Positions 10,009 through 21,354 are shown, counted from the stretch's first letter. The stretch: 64,000 nt of DNA from an uncultured delta proteobacterium (GCA_963753975.1 CAVWEH010000002.1:352001-416000), one strand, 5' to 3'. The notes: generated from the letters alone by a model not told the origin. Program-made: numbers and translations.

Positions 10009-10740
10009 ATGGAGGTAACCGATTTAGCGGCTCAAGTCCGTAAAGAACAAAAGAAAGGACCAGCCCGCAGACTGCGCCAAAGCGGATTTGTGCCGGCGAT
10101 TTTTTACGGTCGCTCCGCCGAAAATCTGTTGCTGGCGGTAAAAAATGACGCTCTGGTCAAATTACATAAAGATAAAAAAGATCACGCCTTCATCAAACTT
10201 ATTATCGATGACGGCAAGAATAAAACAGAGAAGCTTTCGCTGATCAAAGAATTGCAGGTTCAGCCTTTAACCGGCAAATTTTATCACGCTGATTTTTATG
10301 AAGTCGATATGAAGCACAAGCTTACCGTGGAAGTATCCCTGCGTTTTATCGGCAAGCCTGTAGGTGTTGATAACGGCGGCGAATTGCAGCATATCAAACG
10401 CGAGCTTAAAGTTTCCTGCTTGCCGGCCGATCTCCCTGATCATATTGACGTGGATGTGGCCTCCCTTGATATCGGAGATTCCATTAAAGTAAGAGAATTG
10501 ATTATTCCCGCGGGAATTACCGTTTTGGAGTTGCCCGACAGCGCCGTGGCCGCAGTCGCCATCGTTAAGATTGCCAAGGTCGAAGAGCCTGTAGCGGAAG
10601 CCGCTGTAACTGAGGAAGGCGCCGAAGCCGCGGCGGCCGCCGAAGGAGCTGAAGCCGTCGAGGCGGGAGCCGCACCGGCAGAAAAAGCTGAAAAGCCTGA
10701 AAAAGAGAAGAAAGAAAAGAAGGAAAAAAAGGAAAAGTAA
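10009..10740 (+). CDS. rplY: 50S ribosomal protein L25/Ctc with low-complexity acidic then EK-rich tail
   Basis: RRLRQSGFVPAIFYG, HADFY; prs-rplY-pth synteny. Confidence 0.95.
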   Translation: MEVTDLAAQVRKEQKKGPARRLRQSGFVPAIFYGRSAENLLLAVKNDALVKLHKDKKDHAFIKLIIDDGKNKTEKLSLIKELQVQPLTGKFYHADFYEVDMKHKLTVEVSLRFIGKPVGVDNGGELQHIKRELKVSCLPADLPDHIDVDVASLDIGDSIKVRELIIPAGITVLELPDSAVAAVAIVKIAKVEEPVAEAAVTEEGAEAAAAAEGAEAVEAGAAPAEKAEKPEKEKKEKKEKKEK

Positions 10741-10835
10741 GTTTCAATATCCAGCCATACATCATCGGGCGGTAGAAAGTGCTCCTCTCGAATTGGACAA
10801 AAATATTTTCTCGGCGCAGCTCCGAGAGGCAAGAG

Positions 10836-11429
10836 ATGTATTTGATATTCGGCCTGGGTAATCCGGGCAATCGTTATCGCCTGACCAGACATAATATCGG
10901 GTTCATGGTTCTGGAAAAACTCGCGGCCGGGTTGGAGATTGATCTTAAACAAAAAAGTTTTAACGCTTTATGGGGCAAGGGCAAACTGAAAGATAAGAAT
11001 GTTCTTCTCGCCATGCCTCAAACATACATGAATTTAAGCGGCAGAGCGGTAAGAGAACTGCTCGCGTTCTTTAAAGCGGATATAAAATGTTTGATCGTTG
11101 TTCACGATGACCTGGACTTGCCTTTTGGCACGGTTCGCCTCAAAACCGGCGGAGGGAATGCCGGCCATAAAGGTTTGGAATCCATCGTGGAGAACCTCAG
11201 TTCTTCCGACTTCATGCGGGTGAGACTTGGCATCGGCAAACCGGCCGATAAAGCCCGCATTGAAAGTTATGTTCTGGAACGATTTGCATCCCGGGAGGAA
11301 GGTGAACTCAAGTCGGTTATTCAAGCGGCGGCGGATGCTGCCGCGGAAATTGTTTTATCAGGTATGCAGGAAGCTATGGTTAAATACCATACAAAAAATA
11401 TAAGTAATTTAAAAAAGGAGGATAAATAA
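10836..11429 (+). CDS. pth: Peptidyl-tRNA hydrolase
   Basis: GLGNPG, TRHNIG, HDDLD, GHKG motifs; start moved to ATG 10836. Confidence 0.96.
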   Translation: MYLIFGLGNPGNRYRLTRHNIGFMVLEKLAAGLEIDLKQKSFNALWGKGKLKDKNVLLAMPQTYMNLSGRAVRELLAFFKADIKCLIVVHDDLDLPFGTVRLKTGGGNAGHKGLESIVENLSSSDFMRVRLGIGKPADKARIESYVLERFASREEGELKSVIQAAADAAAEIVLSGMQEAMVKYHTKNISNLKKEDK

Positions 11430-13864
11430 TGTTACAAAACAAACGTAGTATCTGGACATTTTTGCTCAGCGGCATCTTTTTTCTTTTGCTTGCCGGCACC
11501 GCTTTCGCGGGTGAAGCGGATATTAAATTGCCTGATTTGACCAATATTGCCTTTCTCGGCGGCGCCTTGAAGGGTATTACTATTCTTAACGTCGGGCTTA
11601 TTATCTGTGTGATCGGAATGATTTTTGGTTTGATCCAATATGTACAAACAAAAAATCTCCCCGCCCATCAGTCCATGTTGGACGTATCTAAAACTATCTG
11701 GGAAACCTGCAAAACCTACCTTTTCCAACAGGGAAAATTCCTGGTCGGTTTGTGGATCCTCATCGCCGCGTGTATTGTTTACTACTTCTACGGCCTGCAG
11801 GGCTCTCCGGTAAACGGCATAATAATAATTCTTTTATGTTCGATTGTCGGAATTTTAGGCTCCTACGGTGTGGCCTGGTTTGGCATTCGCATTAACACCG
11901 TGGCCAATTCCCGCGCCGCCTTTGCTTCCATGAGCGGCAATCCCTTAAACATCGTAAATATTTGTTTAAGGTCGGGTATGAGCGTAGGGCTGCTGCTCGT
12001 CAGCATCGAACTTTTTTTCATGATCATGATTCTCGCTTACATTCCCAAGGAATTATCCGGTCCCTGCTTTATCGGCTTTGCCATCGGTGAATCGCTGGGC
12101 GCTTCCGTTCTGCGTATTTGCGGCGGTATCTTCACCAAAATCGCCGATATCGGTTCCGACCTGATGAAAATCGTCTTCCATCTGCCGGAAGACGACCCGA
12201 AAAACCCGGGCGTTATTGCCGATTGTACCGGTGACAACGCCGGCGACAGCGTCGGCCCTACCGCCGACGGTTTTGAAACTTACGGCGTAACCGGCGTTGC
12301 CTTAATCGCTTTTTTAGCGCTGGCACTCGCGGGCAATCCCGAAATGGGCGGAAAACTAATCGTCTGGATTTTTGCCATGAGAATCCTCATGATCCTGACT
12401 TCTCTTGTTTCTTATTTTGTCAATGATGTAATCAGCAAATCAGTTTTCTCCGGCAAAAAAGATTTTAACTTTGAACATCCCCTGACCAATCTGGTTTGGA
12501 TTACCTCGATTGTCTCCATCGCCGTCACCTTTGCCGCGAGTTTCTATCTGTTGGGCGATTTGACGGATAAATACCAGGGTTTGTGGTGGGCGCTTTCGAT
12601 CATCATCAGTTGCGGAACCATCGCCGGCGCTTTGATTCCGGAACTGACCAAAGTATTCACCAGCACTAAATCGCGTCATTGCGAAGAAGTCGTTAATGCT
12701 TCCAAGCAGGGCGGAGCATCGCTTAATGTTCTTTCCGGATTTGTTGCCGGCAATTTCTCCGCTTTCTGGGAAGGCATGACTATTATGTTCTTAATGTTCA
12801 TCGCCTATCTGGTATCGAAAAATCCGGCCGTCATCGCGATATTGCCTGCCGAATTCGTTTTTGCTGCGCCGGTTTTCGCTTTCGGTCTGGTCGCTTTCGG
12901 TTTCCTGGGCATGGGCCCGGTGACCATCGCTGTGGACAGTTTCGGTCCGGTCTCGGATAACGCTCAATCCATCTATGAGCTTTCGATGATCGAATCCCGT
13001 AATGATGCGAAAGCAGTTGTCAAAAAACACTACGGCATTGAACCGGACTTTGAACTGGCCAAGCACTTTTTGGAATCCGCAGACGGCGCGGGCAATACCT
13101 TTAAAGCCACGGCTAAACCCGTGCTGATCGGAACGGCTGTCGTCGGCGCTACCACCATGGTGTTCGGCATTATCATCTTGCTCGAGCGCCTCTTCGGCAA
13201 TGTCATCGCCAAACTTTCCCTTGTCCAGCCGGAAGTAATCCTGGGCTTGCTCATGGGCGGCGCTGTCATTTACTGGTTTACCGGCGCTTCTATGCAGGCA
13301 GTTACCACCGGAGCTTATCAGGCTGTTGTGTTCATCAAAAAGAACATCAAACTGGATAAGAAAGAAGCATCGATTGAAGACAGCAAGGAAGTCGTCAAGA
13401 TTTGCACCCAATATGCGCAGAAGGGAATGATCAATATCTTCATCGTCATTTTCTTTATGACCCTGGCCCTGTCTTTCTTCAACCCTTACTACTTTATCGG
13501 CTATCTTATAGCCATTGCCTTCTTTGGCCTCTTCCAGGCGATATTCATGGCCAATGCCGGCGGCTGCTGGGATAACGGCAAGAAGATTGTGGAAGTTGAC
13601 TTGAAGATGAAAAACACTCCGTTACATGAAGCAACAGTTGTCGGCGACACCGTCGGCGACCCGTTCAAAGATACTTCTTCCGTTTCTTTGAATCCGGTTA
13701 TCAAATTTACGACTCTGTTTGGTTTGCTGGCTGTGGAAATCGCCGTGACGATGACCAATGTCGGTTTGAAGCTCGGCCTTTCTGCATGCTTCTTCATCAT
13801 CGCTTTGATTTTCGTTTACCGTTCCTTCTACAAGATGAGAATTTCCGAGGAAAAACTCGACTAA
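11429..13864 (+). CDS. hppA: Membrane-bound ion-translocating pyrophosphatase (divergent, predicted K+-independent)
   Basis: GGIFTKIADIGSD, DDPKNPGVIAD, GNTFKA, WDNGKK, GDTVGDPFKDT motifs; many TM helices. Confidence 0.92.
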   Translation: MLQNKRSIWTFLLSGIFFLLLAGTAFAGEADIKLPDLTNIAFLGGALKGITILNVGLIICVIGMIFGLIQYVQTKNLPAHQSMLDVSKTIWETCKTYLFQQGKFLVGLWILIAACIVYYFYGLQGSPVNGIIIILLCSIVGILGSYGVAWFGIRINTVANSRAAFASMSGNPLNIVNICLRSGMSVGLLLVSIELFFMIMILAYIPKELSGPCFIGFAIGESLGASVLRICGGIFTKIADIGSDLMKIVFHLPEDDPKNPGVIADCTGDNAGDSVGPTADGFETYGVTGVALIAFLALALAGNPEMGGKLIVWIFAMRILMILTSLVSYFVNDVISKSVFSGKKDFNFEHPLTNLVWITSIVSIAVTFAASFYLLGDLTDKYQGLWWALSIIISCGTIAGALIPELTKVFTSTKSRHCEEVVNASKQGGASLNVLSGFVAGNFSAFWEGMTIMFLMFIAYLVSKNPAVIAILPAEFVFAAPVFAFGLVAFGFLGMGPVTIAVDSFGPVSDNAQSIYELSMIESRNDAKAVVKKHYGIEPDFELAKHFLESADGAGNTFKATAKPVLIGTAVVGATTMVFGIIILLERLFGNVIAKLSLVQPEVILGLLMGGAVIYWFTGASMQAVTTGAYQAVVFIKKNIKLDKKEASIEDSKEVVKICTQYAQKGMINIFIVIFFMTLALSFFNPYYFIGYLIAIAFFGLFQAIFMANAGGCWDNGKKIVEVDLKMKNTPLHEATVVGDTVGDPFKDTSSVSLNPVIKFTTLFGLLAVEIAVTMTNVGLKLGLSACFFIIALIFVYRSFYKMRISEEKLD

Positions 13865-13894
13865 TTAAGAATTAAAGATTTAACCAACAACGAG

Positions 13895-13922
13895 AAAGCG
13901 CCCCATTTTGGGGCGCTTTTTT
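13895..13922 (+). terminator. Intrinsic terminator after hppA
   Basis: AAAGCGCCCCA-TTT-TGGGGCGCTTT followed by T run. Confidence 0.85.
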
Positions 13923-14002
13923 AATGACACTGGCTGAAAACAAACGAAGTGTAGTATGAAGCATTCGTCCGATTATCCCGCAGTGCTCCGCCTGTGGGAT
14001 TA
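13923..14002 (+). repeat. Degenerate family A repeat unit
   Basis: AATGACACT, GC-TGAA...TGAA-GC stem, then ATTATCCCGCAG...CTGTGGGATTAAT hairpin. Confidence 0.7.
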
Positions 14003-14285
14003 ATCACACCACTAATTTAAAGCTTCACCAGTTATCTCGGTTATCGTTAACATCTACAAATCAATAATCTTATAACATTAATAAAGTTGTTGATTACGGA
14101 TTAAAAGCAGCAGAGATTGCAGAAAAAAGAAAATAGGTATTGGTGATTGTAATTTTCTCATTTTGCCGTTTCCGACAGAGTCCGCGGAAGCCAACCCCCA
14201 ATATAGATAAAATGCCAGCGCTGTTTGTCCACTTTTTTCCTTGCATCTACCGGAAATTACTGTATAAGCGTAACCAAAAATATAT

Positions 14286-15135
14286 ATGAGAGGTTTACAA
14301 TATCACATCCCGATCACATCCTTTATTCTGTTTAACTTCCATTTTATTATCTCTGCTAGTTATGATGCCGAAGGTTGCCTTGGCTGTAAACTTTTATGAC
14401 GGCGCCCGTGCCAAGCAGGGCACATATTTTCTTACATATTCGTCTGTTTATGTAGCCGACGAGACGACCGATGAAAACGGAAGCACGAACAAAAAAGATT
14501 ATGGACTCATAAGCGCTCAAGAATTGCTCCGCTTTTGCTATTATTCGCCTGATTTTGTCGCCACAGCTCTTGTCCCATTTGGCTATACGGATATTCACTC
14601 TCTGCATCAGAATTCGTCGGGTCTGGGTGATATCAATCTCGGCGCCGGTTATTTCCTGCCGTTTATACAGGTTGATATCCTGCCGATGATATTCGTAGAA
14701 TTTCCAACAGGAGAATACAACGCCTCAAAAGCGGTCAATATCGGCTCAAATCAGTATGATATCAAGCCGACGATTTTTCTTTACAAGTCCTTTGGCGATT
14801 TTAGTATTGATGCCGCCGTGAAATATTATTTCCGGTTGAAAAACAATGCTACCGATGTCTCTCCGGGAGATGAGTTATATCTGCAGTGCCTTTTGGGCTA
14901 CAACCTGACAGACAAATTTAAATTAGGACCTTCGATCAACTGGATGATCAGCAAAGACAAAGAGCAAAACGGAGTAGCGGTAAGTAACAGCGCCAGAGAG
15001 ACACTTTCCGTGGGCGCCGATGTTTATTACCGTTTTTCATGGCTTAGTGTTACATTCACTTATCTTTACGACGTGCATACCGAAAATTCGCCCAAAGGAC
15101 ATTTCTTTCAAATCAAAACTGTTTACTTCTTTTAA
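14286..15135 (+). CDS. Outer-membrane beta-barrel channel, phenol meta-pathway (SphA-like) family; apparent +1 frameshift in the signal-peptide region
   Basis: SGLGDI and PTGEYN...NIGSN motifs, C-terminal F; the hydrophobic signal sequence extends upstream of ATG 14362 and the nearest upstream ATG (14286) is one base out of frame. Confidence 0.7.
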
Positions 15136-15276
15136 TTATTTTCAGTTAAAAACTGTATATGCGTTTTGGAAACAAAATCTGTTGATTTCCAGAAGAAATG
15201 TTGTGTCTACCGGAAGGCTTGAGAAACTTTGCTTGCAGAAAGAAGTGATTAAGAACAGTCTTTACACTTACCGTCA

Positions 15277-15312
15277 ATTCCGACACGCTACGCTTTCGGG
15301 ATAATCACGGAC
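15277..15312 (-). repeat. Family A second-module hairpin
   Basis: Minus strand GATTATCCCGAAA-GCGTAGC-GTGTCGGAATT. Confidence 0.55.
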
Positions 15313-15405
15313 ATCTACGATATCCTTCGCCTGTGGCGGGGTCAATTGAAGACTTTAGTTGCAAGCAACTCAGAGATCTTCGATACGTAATGAAGTTGAG
15401 GCTTC

Positions 15406-15675
15406 TTAATCTGCCCGCATGTTCTGATATGCTTTGGCTCTCGAATGTTTGGCTGTATTATCTGTACTTCCTAACTTCATGCCAATTATTAACGCTGCAC
15501 CGGATACCGCGCCGCAGATATTTCCCGTTCTGCCGATGCCTCCTCCCAAGGCGGATGCCATCTTCACTGCTTCTTCTGCATTCATGACCACGTCAGCGGC
15601 ATAGGCTTTAATAATAGATTGCACGCAATTGTATCCTTTTTTCAAATAATCGGAGGCCAATTCAGATTTATTCAT
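15406..15675 (-). CDS. C-GCAxxG-C-C family redox protein, C-terminally truncated or frameshifted
   Basis: YNCVQS and ICGAVSGA motifs; the later Cys residues are missing in this frame. Confidence 0.7.
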   Translation of the reverse strand: MNKSELASDYLKKGYNCVQSIIKAYAADVVMNAEEAVKMASALGGGIGRTGNICGAVSGAALIIGMKLGSTDNTAKHSRAKAYQNMRAD

Positions 15676-15689
15676 CGTTCATCCCAATC

Positions 15690-15980
15690 TTAAATGCTCT
15701 TTTTGTTTTTTCGGATAACCAGCTTTATCGCAAGATAGGGAAACAAGAAGAGGACGATAGCGCAGATTTTAACAAAAGCCAAACCATAATAGAAAATCAA
15801 ATCATATTCATGCTTGCTCAATTCGATCTTATACCAGTTGGAACTCATGTAATAACTCCAATTACCTGCCAGAGCATAAAAAATCATCGATATCAGCAAT
15901 AACGCCGCTGAAAAAAAGAAACAACGGATAAGGATGCCGGCCAAATTTTCCATGAAATTAATTTGCTCTTCTTTATTCAT
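15690..15980 (-). CDS. Small membrane protein, DUF6868-like
   Basis: Two TM segments, KICAIVLFLFPYLAIKL ending; AGGAGG before ATG 15980. Confidence 0.6.
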   Translation of the reverse strand: MNKEEQINFMENLAGILIRCFFFSAALLLISMIFYALAGNWSYYMSSNWYKIELSKHEYDLIFYYGLAFVKICAIVLFLFPYLAIKLVIRKNKKSI

Positions 15981-16023
15981 AACTAACCTCCTGATCAATT
16001 ACACATTGTTGTGCGCCGTCCGG

Positions 16024-16452
16024 TCAGACAGCAATTACCTCTTTCAAGCTTTCAAATACAACTCCGATATTTTTCATATCTGTTATACTAGAATCGGCTA
16101 CTGCCCGGGAAGCTGCCGATGTACATTCATACACTATCGAGACATTATAATCCAAACAAACAGCGTCAAAAGCTGTTGCTCGGATACAATTGGGATATTG
16201 ATGACCGACAAATACCGGGTCGGCTATATTTTTTCTCTTGAGAATCATATCCAGCTCAATTTGCATAAACGCGCTAAATCGATTTCGAATTAGCACAATT
16301 TCATTTTTTGCCGGCTTTAATTCATCCACTATTTCAGCGCCTTCAGTTCCCTTCACACAATAGGGTTTTTTTATAAATTCGCTTAGCCGGAATTTTTCTA
16401 TATCCGAACCGTCTATCCTTACAAAAAATATCTTCCAGAGAGCATAAAACAC
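16024..16452 (-). pseudogene. Isochorismatase/cysteine hydrolase fragment lacking the N-terminus
   Basis: RFSAF, PNCIRATAFDA motifs; N-terminal catalytic Asp strand absent and upstream frames are closed. Confidence 0.65.
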
Positions 16453-16717
16453 TCTTCCCTCTCTATCAAGACCTTTTTAAAAATTTAAAGTTGGAACTGC
16501 CAACAGCTTAATATTGAGCACGGATCGGGATTAAAAAATAACTTAACTTATTATCTTGACACATAAGCATAGGTTTTATATGTTCAGTGCTACTTGATTC
16601 AAGTTTTTCTCAAAGAGAAATCGGGCAAATAGTAATGGTTGGAAGTGTCCGCGCAGCGAGATTCGCCGCGGATAGTTCGGAGAGTTTTTAATCTTTTTAT
16701 GAAGAAAGGATGAAATT

Positions 16718-16873
16718 ATGACTCTACATCTTGGTATCGGTCCGGTGTTGGCGCTTATTGCGGGTATTATTATTCTTATCATACCCAAACTTTTGAACTA
16801 TACCGTCGCTATTTATTTGATCGTCATTGGAATTCTGGGGATTCTGGGTTACTACAATTTAAGCTTCAGATAA
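16718..16873 (+). CDS. Small membrane protein, DUF3096 family (51 aa, below ORF-track cutoff)
   Basis: Manual translation MTLHLGIGPVLALIAGIIILIIPKLLNYTVAIYLIVIGILGILGYYNLSFR; AAGGA RBS. Confidence 0.8.
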   Translation: MTLHLGIGPVLALIAGIIILIIPKLLNYTVAIYLIVIGILGILGYYNLSFR

Positions 16874-16907
16874 AGAAAATTAATTTTTAATTTTGATGTA
16901 ATCTTCA

Positions 16908-16950
16908 AGCGCGGGAAGCGTTTTTTCGAATGCTTCCTGCGCTATTTTAT
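16908..16950. terminator. Hairpin between the convergent DUF3096 and EF-G genes
   Basis: AGCGCGGGAAGCG...TGCTTCCTGCGCT inverted repeat followed by ATTTTAT. Confidence 0.6.
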
Positions 16951-16985
16951 TAGTAATAACATTGATTTCGCTTACGCGCTTTGAA

Positions 16986-19019
16986 CTAGGTTTTCCCGTA
17001 TTCGGAAAAAATCATGGAGAATACCGCTCGCCCCTGTGTCGCCGATCTCAAATCAGTGGAATAACCGAACATTGCCTTGAGCGGCACTTTTGCTTTTATT
17101 TCACTTACCGTCCCTTTGGGATTGACCGACTGAATCTCACCCTTGCGGGCATTAATATCGCCGATTACATCGCCCATAAATTCACCCGGCGTGATAATAT
17201 CCACGAGCATTATGGGCTCGAGTAAAACCGGATCGGCCTTGCGGCATCCATCCCGGAAAGCTGTTGCCGCCGCAATCTTGTAGCCCTGAGCCGAGGATTC
17301 TCCTTCCCGGAAAGAACCGCCGGTTAGGGCGACGCCGACATCCGTTACCGGATAGCTGTTCAGACATCCGCTCATCGCGGCTTCTTGTATGCCTTCGATG
17401 ATGGCTTCATGATACTCTACTGGAATTATGTTTTCATCAACCATAATGATTATCTCATTTCCCAAACCACGTTTGCGCGGCGTTAAAGAAAGGCGAACAT
17501 GGCCGAAATGTTTCTTTTCGCCCAGTTCTTTTTCGAATACACCTTCCACTTCCACCTGCTTTTGGATCGTTTCCCGGTAGACAACCCGAGGTCTCCCGAC
17601 GTTTACGCGCGCATTGAATTCCCGCCGTAAGCGATCAACGATAATTTCCAGATGCAACTCTCCCATGCCGGAAATTATCGTCTGCATGGTTTCATCTTCA
17701 TATTTCACTTTTAAGGTCGGGTCTTCTTCCACTAATTTTGCGAGTGCAGCCGCGAGCTTTTCCTGATCTGCGGGAGTTTTAGCTTCAATGGCCTGGCTGA
17801 TAACCGGTTCATAAAATTCTATTTGCTCCAGTATAATCGGATGTTTTTCATCGCAAAGAGTATCGCCGGTCGTCGTCTCTTTCAGCCCCAAGACCGCGAC
17901 TATTTCTCCCGCCCCCGCCTTATCGATTCTTTCCCTTTTATTGGCGTGCATGCGCAAAAGACGGGCAACTTTTTCTTTCTTCTTTTTTATTACGTTATAA
18001 ATTTCATCGTTAGCTTTGATCTCACCGGAATAAATACGCAGATAGGCAAGTTTCCGGCCTTCATCGAGCATGATCTTGAAAGCCAAAGCCGCGAGCGGCT
18101 CTTTGTCGGAACTATGCCTTACTTCTTCCTTCCTGGTAACAGGATTAATTCCTTTGACCGGAGGAATATCCTCCGGCGACGGTAAATAATCGATAACCGC
18201 GTCCAGTATCGGCTGGATTCCTTTGTTGCGCAGAGCCGCGCCGCAAAGAACGGGCACTATTTTCAGTGAAATGGTCGCCTTTCTTAAGGCTTTATAGATC
18301 TGCGCTGCTTCAATTTTTTCACCGGCCAGGTATTTTTCAGCGAGATCATCATCCAGCTCGGCAAGTGTCTCGATCATTTTTTCCCGCGCACGCCGGGATG
18401 GAGATATAAATTCTTCGGGTATTTCCTGAACGGTTAATTCCATGCCCTGGCTCGCCTCATCCCAGGTAATCAACTTTTCATTGAGCAAATCGATAACTCC
18501 GCGAAAATTGTCTTCGCTCCCTGCGGGAATCTGGATGGGAACGGGAATAGAAACAAAGCGTTCGCGCATCATTCTCACCGCTTCAAAAAAATCAGCGCCT
18601 ACCCTGTCCATTTTATTGATGAACGCGATCTTGGGAACGCCGTACTTATCCGCCTGATGCCAGACAGTCTCCGATTGCGGCTCTACGCAGCCCACAGCGC
18701 AAAACACGACTACGGCCCCGTCGAGTACGCGTAGGGAACGTTCCACTTCGATTGTAAAATCCACGTGGCCGGGCGTATCGATGATGTGAATATCATGATT
18801 TTTCCAGGCACAAGTTGTGACTGCCGAAGTAATGGTTATGCCCCTTTCCTGCTCCTGGAGCATCCAGTCCATAACAGCTTCGCCGTCGTGGACTTCTCCC
18901 ATTTTATAGGATCTGCCGGTGTAAAAAAGGATTCTTTCGGTTACGGTTGTCTTTCCCGCGTCGATGTGCGCGACTATACCGATATTACGCGTTCGTGATA
19001 TTTTGGATTTCGCCGCCAT
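16986..19019 (-). CDS. fusA: Elongation factor G (stand-alone copy)
   Basis: [39 protein letters not shown] motifs; start at MAAKSK (19019); no rpsL/rpsG/tuf neighbours. Confidence 0.92.
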   Translation of the reverse strand: MAAKSKISRTRNIGIVAHIDAGKTTVTERILFYTGRSYKMGEVHDGEAVMDWMLQEQERGITITSAVTTCAWKNHDIHIIDTPGHVDFTIEVERSLRVLDGAVVVFCAVGCVEPQSETVWHQADKYGVPKIAFINKMDRVGADFFEAVRMMRERFVSIPVPIQIPAGSEDNFRGVIDLLNEKLITWDEASQGMELTVQEIPEEFISPSRRAREKMIETLAELDDDLAEKYLAGEKIEAAQIYKALRKATISLKIVPVLCGAALRNKGIQPILDAVIDYLPSPEDIPPVKGINPVTRKEEVRHSSDKEPLAALAFKIMLDEGRKLAYLRIYSGEIKANDEIYNVIKKKKEKVARLLRMHANKRERIDKAGAGEIVAVLGLKETTTGDTLCDEKHPIILEQIEFYEPVISQAIEAKTPADQEKLAAALAKLVEEDPTLKVKYEDETMQTIISGMGELHLEIIVDRLRREFNARVNVGRPRVVYRETIQKQVEVEGVFEKELGEKKHFGHVRLSLTPRKRGLGNEIIIMVDENIIPVEYHEAIIEGIQEAAMSGCLNSYPVTDVGVALTGGSFREGESSAQGYKIAAATAFRDGCRKADPVLLEPIMLVDIITPGEFMGDVIGDINARKGEIQSVNPKGTVSEIKAKVPLKAMFGYSTDLRSATQGRAVFSMIFSEYGKT

Positions 19020-19026
19020 AAGAAAA

Positions 19027-19650
19027 TCAGCTTCTCTTCTCTTGCGCCGGAGCGAAGAGTTCCGGATCGGGACGAAAAGCATTCTTAGTGGAAATATGAC
19101 CTTTGATAGATGATAGCTCCTTGCCTTCTATTAATATCTTAACTTTTTTTATGTCCGGGACGTTTTCAGTTATCGAATTGGTTAAGGAATAAATTGTCGC
19201 CATTTCCGCCGTAGAGCCGCCCGGGTGCAGTTTGATCAGATTTTTGTTGAAGTTGACAAAAGCAGTGCCTGTATCATCAAGCTTTACGTCTCTTACGGTA
19301 ACACCGGCGGGAAATGTATTAACCAGCCCTTCTTTCGAACCATCCAGCAGAGCCTTAACAATTTCTTTTGCCTGCAGTGCGGGGTCATCTTCTTTAATCA
19401 CATAACGTTTTTCCGGCATTAAAAATCTTTCCTGCGGGTCGGAAAAATATATTATGGCTATTTGCTTTTCCTTCTTTTTCAGGGAGTCCATATCAACCGG
19501 CGGAAACAAGGCGTCAAATAAAATCACAAAGAAAAAAATCAATAACGCAAATATCGAACCGACGATAATAGAAAAATAAAGAATCCTTGTAGATTTCTTT
19601 CTTTTCCTTCCTTTTGCTTCTTCTGTCCGACGTTGCCGTTTGGTCGTCAT
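19027..19650 (-). CDS. GerMN domain protein with N-terminal TM anchor
   Basis: [36 protein letters not shown] pattern. Confidence 0.85.
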   Translation of the reverse strand: MTTKRQRRTEEAKGRKRKKSTRILYFSIIVGSIFALLIFFFVILFDALFPPVDMDSLKKKEKQIAIIYFSDPQERFLMPEKRYVIKEDDPALQAKEIVKALLDGSKEGLVNTFPAGVTVRDVKLDDTGTAFVNFNKNLIKLHPGGSTAEMATIYSLTNSITENVPDIKKVKILIEGKELSSIKGHISTKNAFRPDPELFAPAQEKRS

Positions 19651-19897
19651 AAAAAATTAACTCCTTAAAAAAACTGCGTCAATCTAGGGTATTTTTACTT
19701 GGCTGTCAAGAAGAACAAAGTATTATTAAATATAGACAATTACTGAATTTCGATTCATTTTTTTTGACTTCTATTTTAGCGTAGCGTACTTTAAATTGAC
19801 GAACAGCAAATACTTTATAAAAATAATAGCCCATGCATTCTCCATATGATGAAACCAAGAACACGTGAGCTATTATGCAAAGTCTTCTATTCCGGAT

Positions 19898-20478
19898 CTA
19901 ATAATTTTCCGCTAAAACCTCATAGTACGACTGTGGGTGTTTACAGGCAGGGCATTCTTTGGGCGCTTCATTCCCTTCATAGACATAACCGCAGTTAAGT
20001 GCAATGCCATTTAACGGCTGCTTTCTTCTTGAATACTTCATTATTTTCGATGTTCTTGATAAGTTTTCTGTATCTCGCCTCATGAAACTTTCTCCACCTT
20101 GGATATTTGTTCAAAAGACCGCGCTACTTCAGGGAAGCCTTCGTTGGCGGCATCTTTGGCAAAATTCGCGTATAGCGTAGTCCACTCCATGTTTTCCCCC
20201 GCCGCTGCCGCTTCCAAATTCTTTTTCGTGTCCGCAATTACTCCTGCGGGGTAGCCGGCCGTAATTACAACATCGCCACCCTCAAGATATTTAAAAAATA
20301 CTTTGGCATGTTCTTTTTCGTTTTCTGCAGTTTCTATAAAGATTCTGGAAATTTGCTCCAAGCCTTCTTTTTTTGCCGCGCTGGCAAAGTAAGTATATCT
20401 GTTTCTCGCCTGCGACTCACCGGCAAATGCAGCCAATAAATTTTTTTCCGTTTTTGTTCCTTTAATTGACTTGCCCAT
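19898..20478 (-). CDS. rbr: Rubrerythrin, split by two +1 frameshifts (about 20090 and 20000)
   Basis: GESQARNRY, ENEKEHA, restored EKFHEARY and C-terminal CxxC...CPACKHP rubredoxin-like domain. Confidence 0.9.
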
Positions 20479-20565
20479 ATTTATTCCAACTCCTTTCATT
20501 TTTATCATTTTTAATTGCTGTTTAATACTTTTTTCGGAATATTCTATAAAATATTTATGAACATC

Positions 20566-21137
20566 TTAACCGATTTCTTTTCCCGACAGAAAAAGCCTGT
20601 CCTAAATATTCGCCCACGCCATGATAAGTTAATGTTTCCGGTCCAAAAATTACCGGCTTTATTTTGGCCATATCAGGCATACCGTCTTTTCCCAGCATGT
20701 TGTCGTCAACTTTAACGTCCATAATCTCAGCTACGAAGTGTGTATGGATGCCTATTTCGGTAGCTGCTTAAAAGCTTACACTCCACAATCATGGGGAATT
20801 CCTGAATGTAGGGGGCATCTATTTTCTCGCTTTTCACCGCCGTGATACGGGCAATAGAAAACTTATCCACTTTTTTCCCCGATACCATGCCGCAATAATC
20901 GGCAATTTTAACCTGCGCGGCAGAAGGAATGTTTACTGTAAAAGCTTTGCGCTCCATAATATTGCCATGCGTATATGTGGCCTTCCTCAAGGAGATTGCC
21001 ACACAAGGGGGCTGGGAACTGCATATTCCTCCCCAAGCTATTGTTGTGGCATTAGGTTTGCCGTTTTTATCATATGTCCCGATAATCCAAACGGGCGTGG
21101 GATAAAGCAGAGTTTTTGCTCCAAAAGATTTTTTCAT
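20566..21137 (-). CDS. Flavin reductase-like (flavoredoxin) protein, +1 frameshift near 20770
   Basis: [39 protein letters not shown]; continues in another frame as [16 protein letters not shown]...AFSVGKEIG. Confidence 0.85.
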
Positions 21138-21354
21138 AATTTCCTCCTCTCTCCTTAATGGGAAGATAAATTTGCTTCTTTGTGTCCAATAATGTAAACT
21201 TAGTCATCAAAATGGCGAAGTCAAATATGGTATAAATGTAATTTTCTTAATCGAACTTATAATGGAAGTGTACGAAAATAACCAAAGTAGTAGTTAAATT
21301 GCCTATTATATAGATCATGTAGAAATATTCAATTATCAGGAGGTTCTTATCATT

